NCBI GenBank assembly: GCA_051362555.1 | Contig: CM120642.1 | Coordinates: 25,668,001 to 25,732,000, forward strand | DNA: 64,000 nucleotides | Reading direction: 5' to 3' | Source: Lingula anatina | Taxonomy: Eukaryota; Animalia; Brachiopoda | Shown: one piece after another, positions 62,749 through 64,000 of the stretch | Layout: each line of letters starts with the position of its first letter | Position numbering within the stretch: the first letter of the stretch is position 1 | Notes under the pieces: model-generated | The model's database searches: none | The model's input: the letters and a program-made list of their open reading frames with translations, nothing else | Told to the model about the DNA's origin: nothing | Translations under genes and position numbers: made by a program

Positions 62749-64000
62749 GTGTAACCTCATTAATATTGAAAGTGTTTTTGTAAAAATTATGAACAAAGGT
62801 AAAAATATTGTGTTGTGTAAAAAGATTGTTTGATAAGTACAATATATGTGTGCGTAACAAATATTTATGTCTCCTCATTAACCCAAGCGAAAGGATAAGT
62901 AAATGACAAACACAGATATAGTGTTCGAAGTTTGGCCGGTAGCGGCCGCTTTTATTGAAAGATCCCTCTAGTAAAGAATGGTGTTAGATATTAAATTGCA
63001 TTAGATAATGTTAATTAGTTAAAATTACGTAATGTCATATCATAAAAATAAATATCAAAACAAATAGTGCACATATTTTCATCCGTGGGGTTGCAAAGAG
63101 TATTTATGTGCATGTAGTATTATCTGTTCATTTGTGTTGGAGTACACATATATATGTTACCACAGTGACAACTAAATAAATTATTAGCTTTTTACTTTTT
63201 ACTGTATTTTGTTTATGCAATAAAGGCCGGACTCCAATAACTTAAATCAAATAAATTAATAGAAAAAATACAAAATTGTTACTGATATGTTAGGCTAGAT
63301 ATCAGTAGAGAGTAATTTGAAAATTTCTAAAAGATAAAACGAAATTGTAATATTGTTAAAAACAATGCATTCAAAAGGTATCTACAACAGCAGTTCGATG
63401 ATGTGTTTTAGTAAATATCTAATTCTTTTGAAACGATCAATTAATTTTATCTGTATAAATCTCTTTATATATATATATGGCACAGAACACACGATGTTTA
63501 AAAATACTATTTTGAGCAAAATGTCCCTTTCATTCTTTATTCAGATTCATAGCCTCTATTCGTTTTGACCGTCAAACATTTTTCGAGAAGCTACAATTAT
63601 TAACAGTTGACTATTAAATCCAATAATCAAGAAAGTTAAGTGTTGACATTTCCGGCCTTTCTTCTCGTTTTATATATATAACGTTAAGATTGTGAGCATT
63701 TGCTGACACGACGGACATTGTAGACGTGCAATGAATATTAAACTCACAGCTTAAAGAAAAAGAATTATACCTACTGCAAAATTTTTACGCCCAAACTCCA
63801 CCTTTCTTTCTGTGGCCTATAATTTTATCCTAAAGACACAACGCGTTCTTTCAACAACACCTTTAACAAATACGGGAAGAAGTGCAGAGGTTTCACTTAT
63901 TTCAGTAAAGAGAAAGGTTTGTACATGAGCAGATTAGAGTAACAATCGGTAAATACTAGAAAATAATCTGAGACGTCAGGGATTTCTATGCGCCGATAAT

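Overview
Eukaryotic (intron-rich, AT-rich, most likely marine-invertebrate) DNA. Most short ORFs in the supplied track are spurious; the real genes appear only when exons are joined by hand. (1) 44-15026: two head-to-head, 7-exon paralogous MFS/monocarboxylate (SLC16-like) transporter genes. The minus copy is intact (398 aa, with one apparent GC-AG intron). The plus copy has exon 2 split by a ~2.2 kb TIR element. (2) ~15.8-42.8 kb: a tandemly duplicated, rearranged block holding a family of small secreted Cys-rich protein genes that I do not recognise. All lie on the minus strand and share the core ...C...LGYTLxxxGDYLHPIR...VPEMKVYSCxCCP...CxxC. There are five apparently intact copies in two exon architectures, one fused/chimeric locus and one orphan first exon. 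The block is interleaved with MITEs, a decayed Tc1 element and an inversion. (3) 47-64 kb: a CArG/CRE promoter-like cluster, a 5'-truncated LINE, an intronless secreted and probably GPI-anchored non-animal-type (APX-like) heme peroxidase with a decayed second copy, and a 7x chitin-binding (CBM14) mucin/peritrophin gene whose inferred first intron hosts an antisense 3-exon Cys-rich secreted protein gene. All gene models were built by eye from splice signals, reading phase and paralog alignment; none is confirmed by transcript data.
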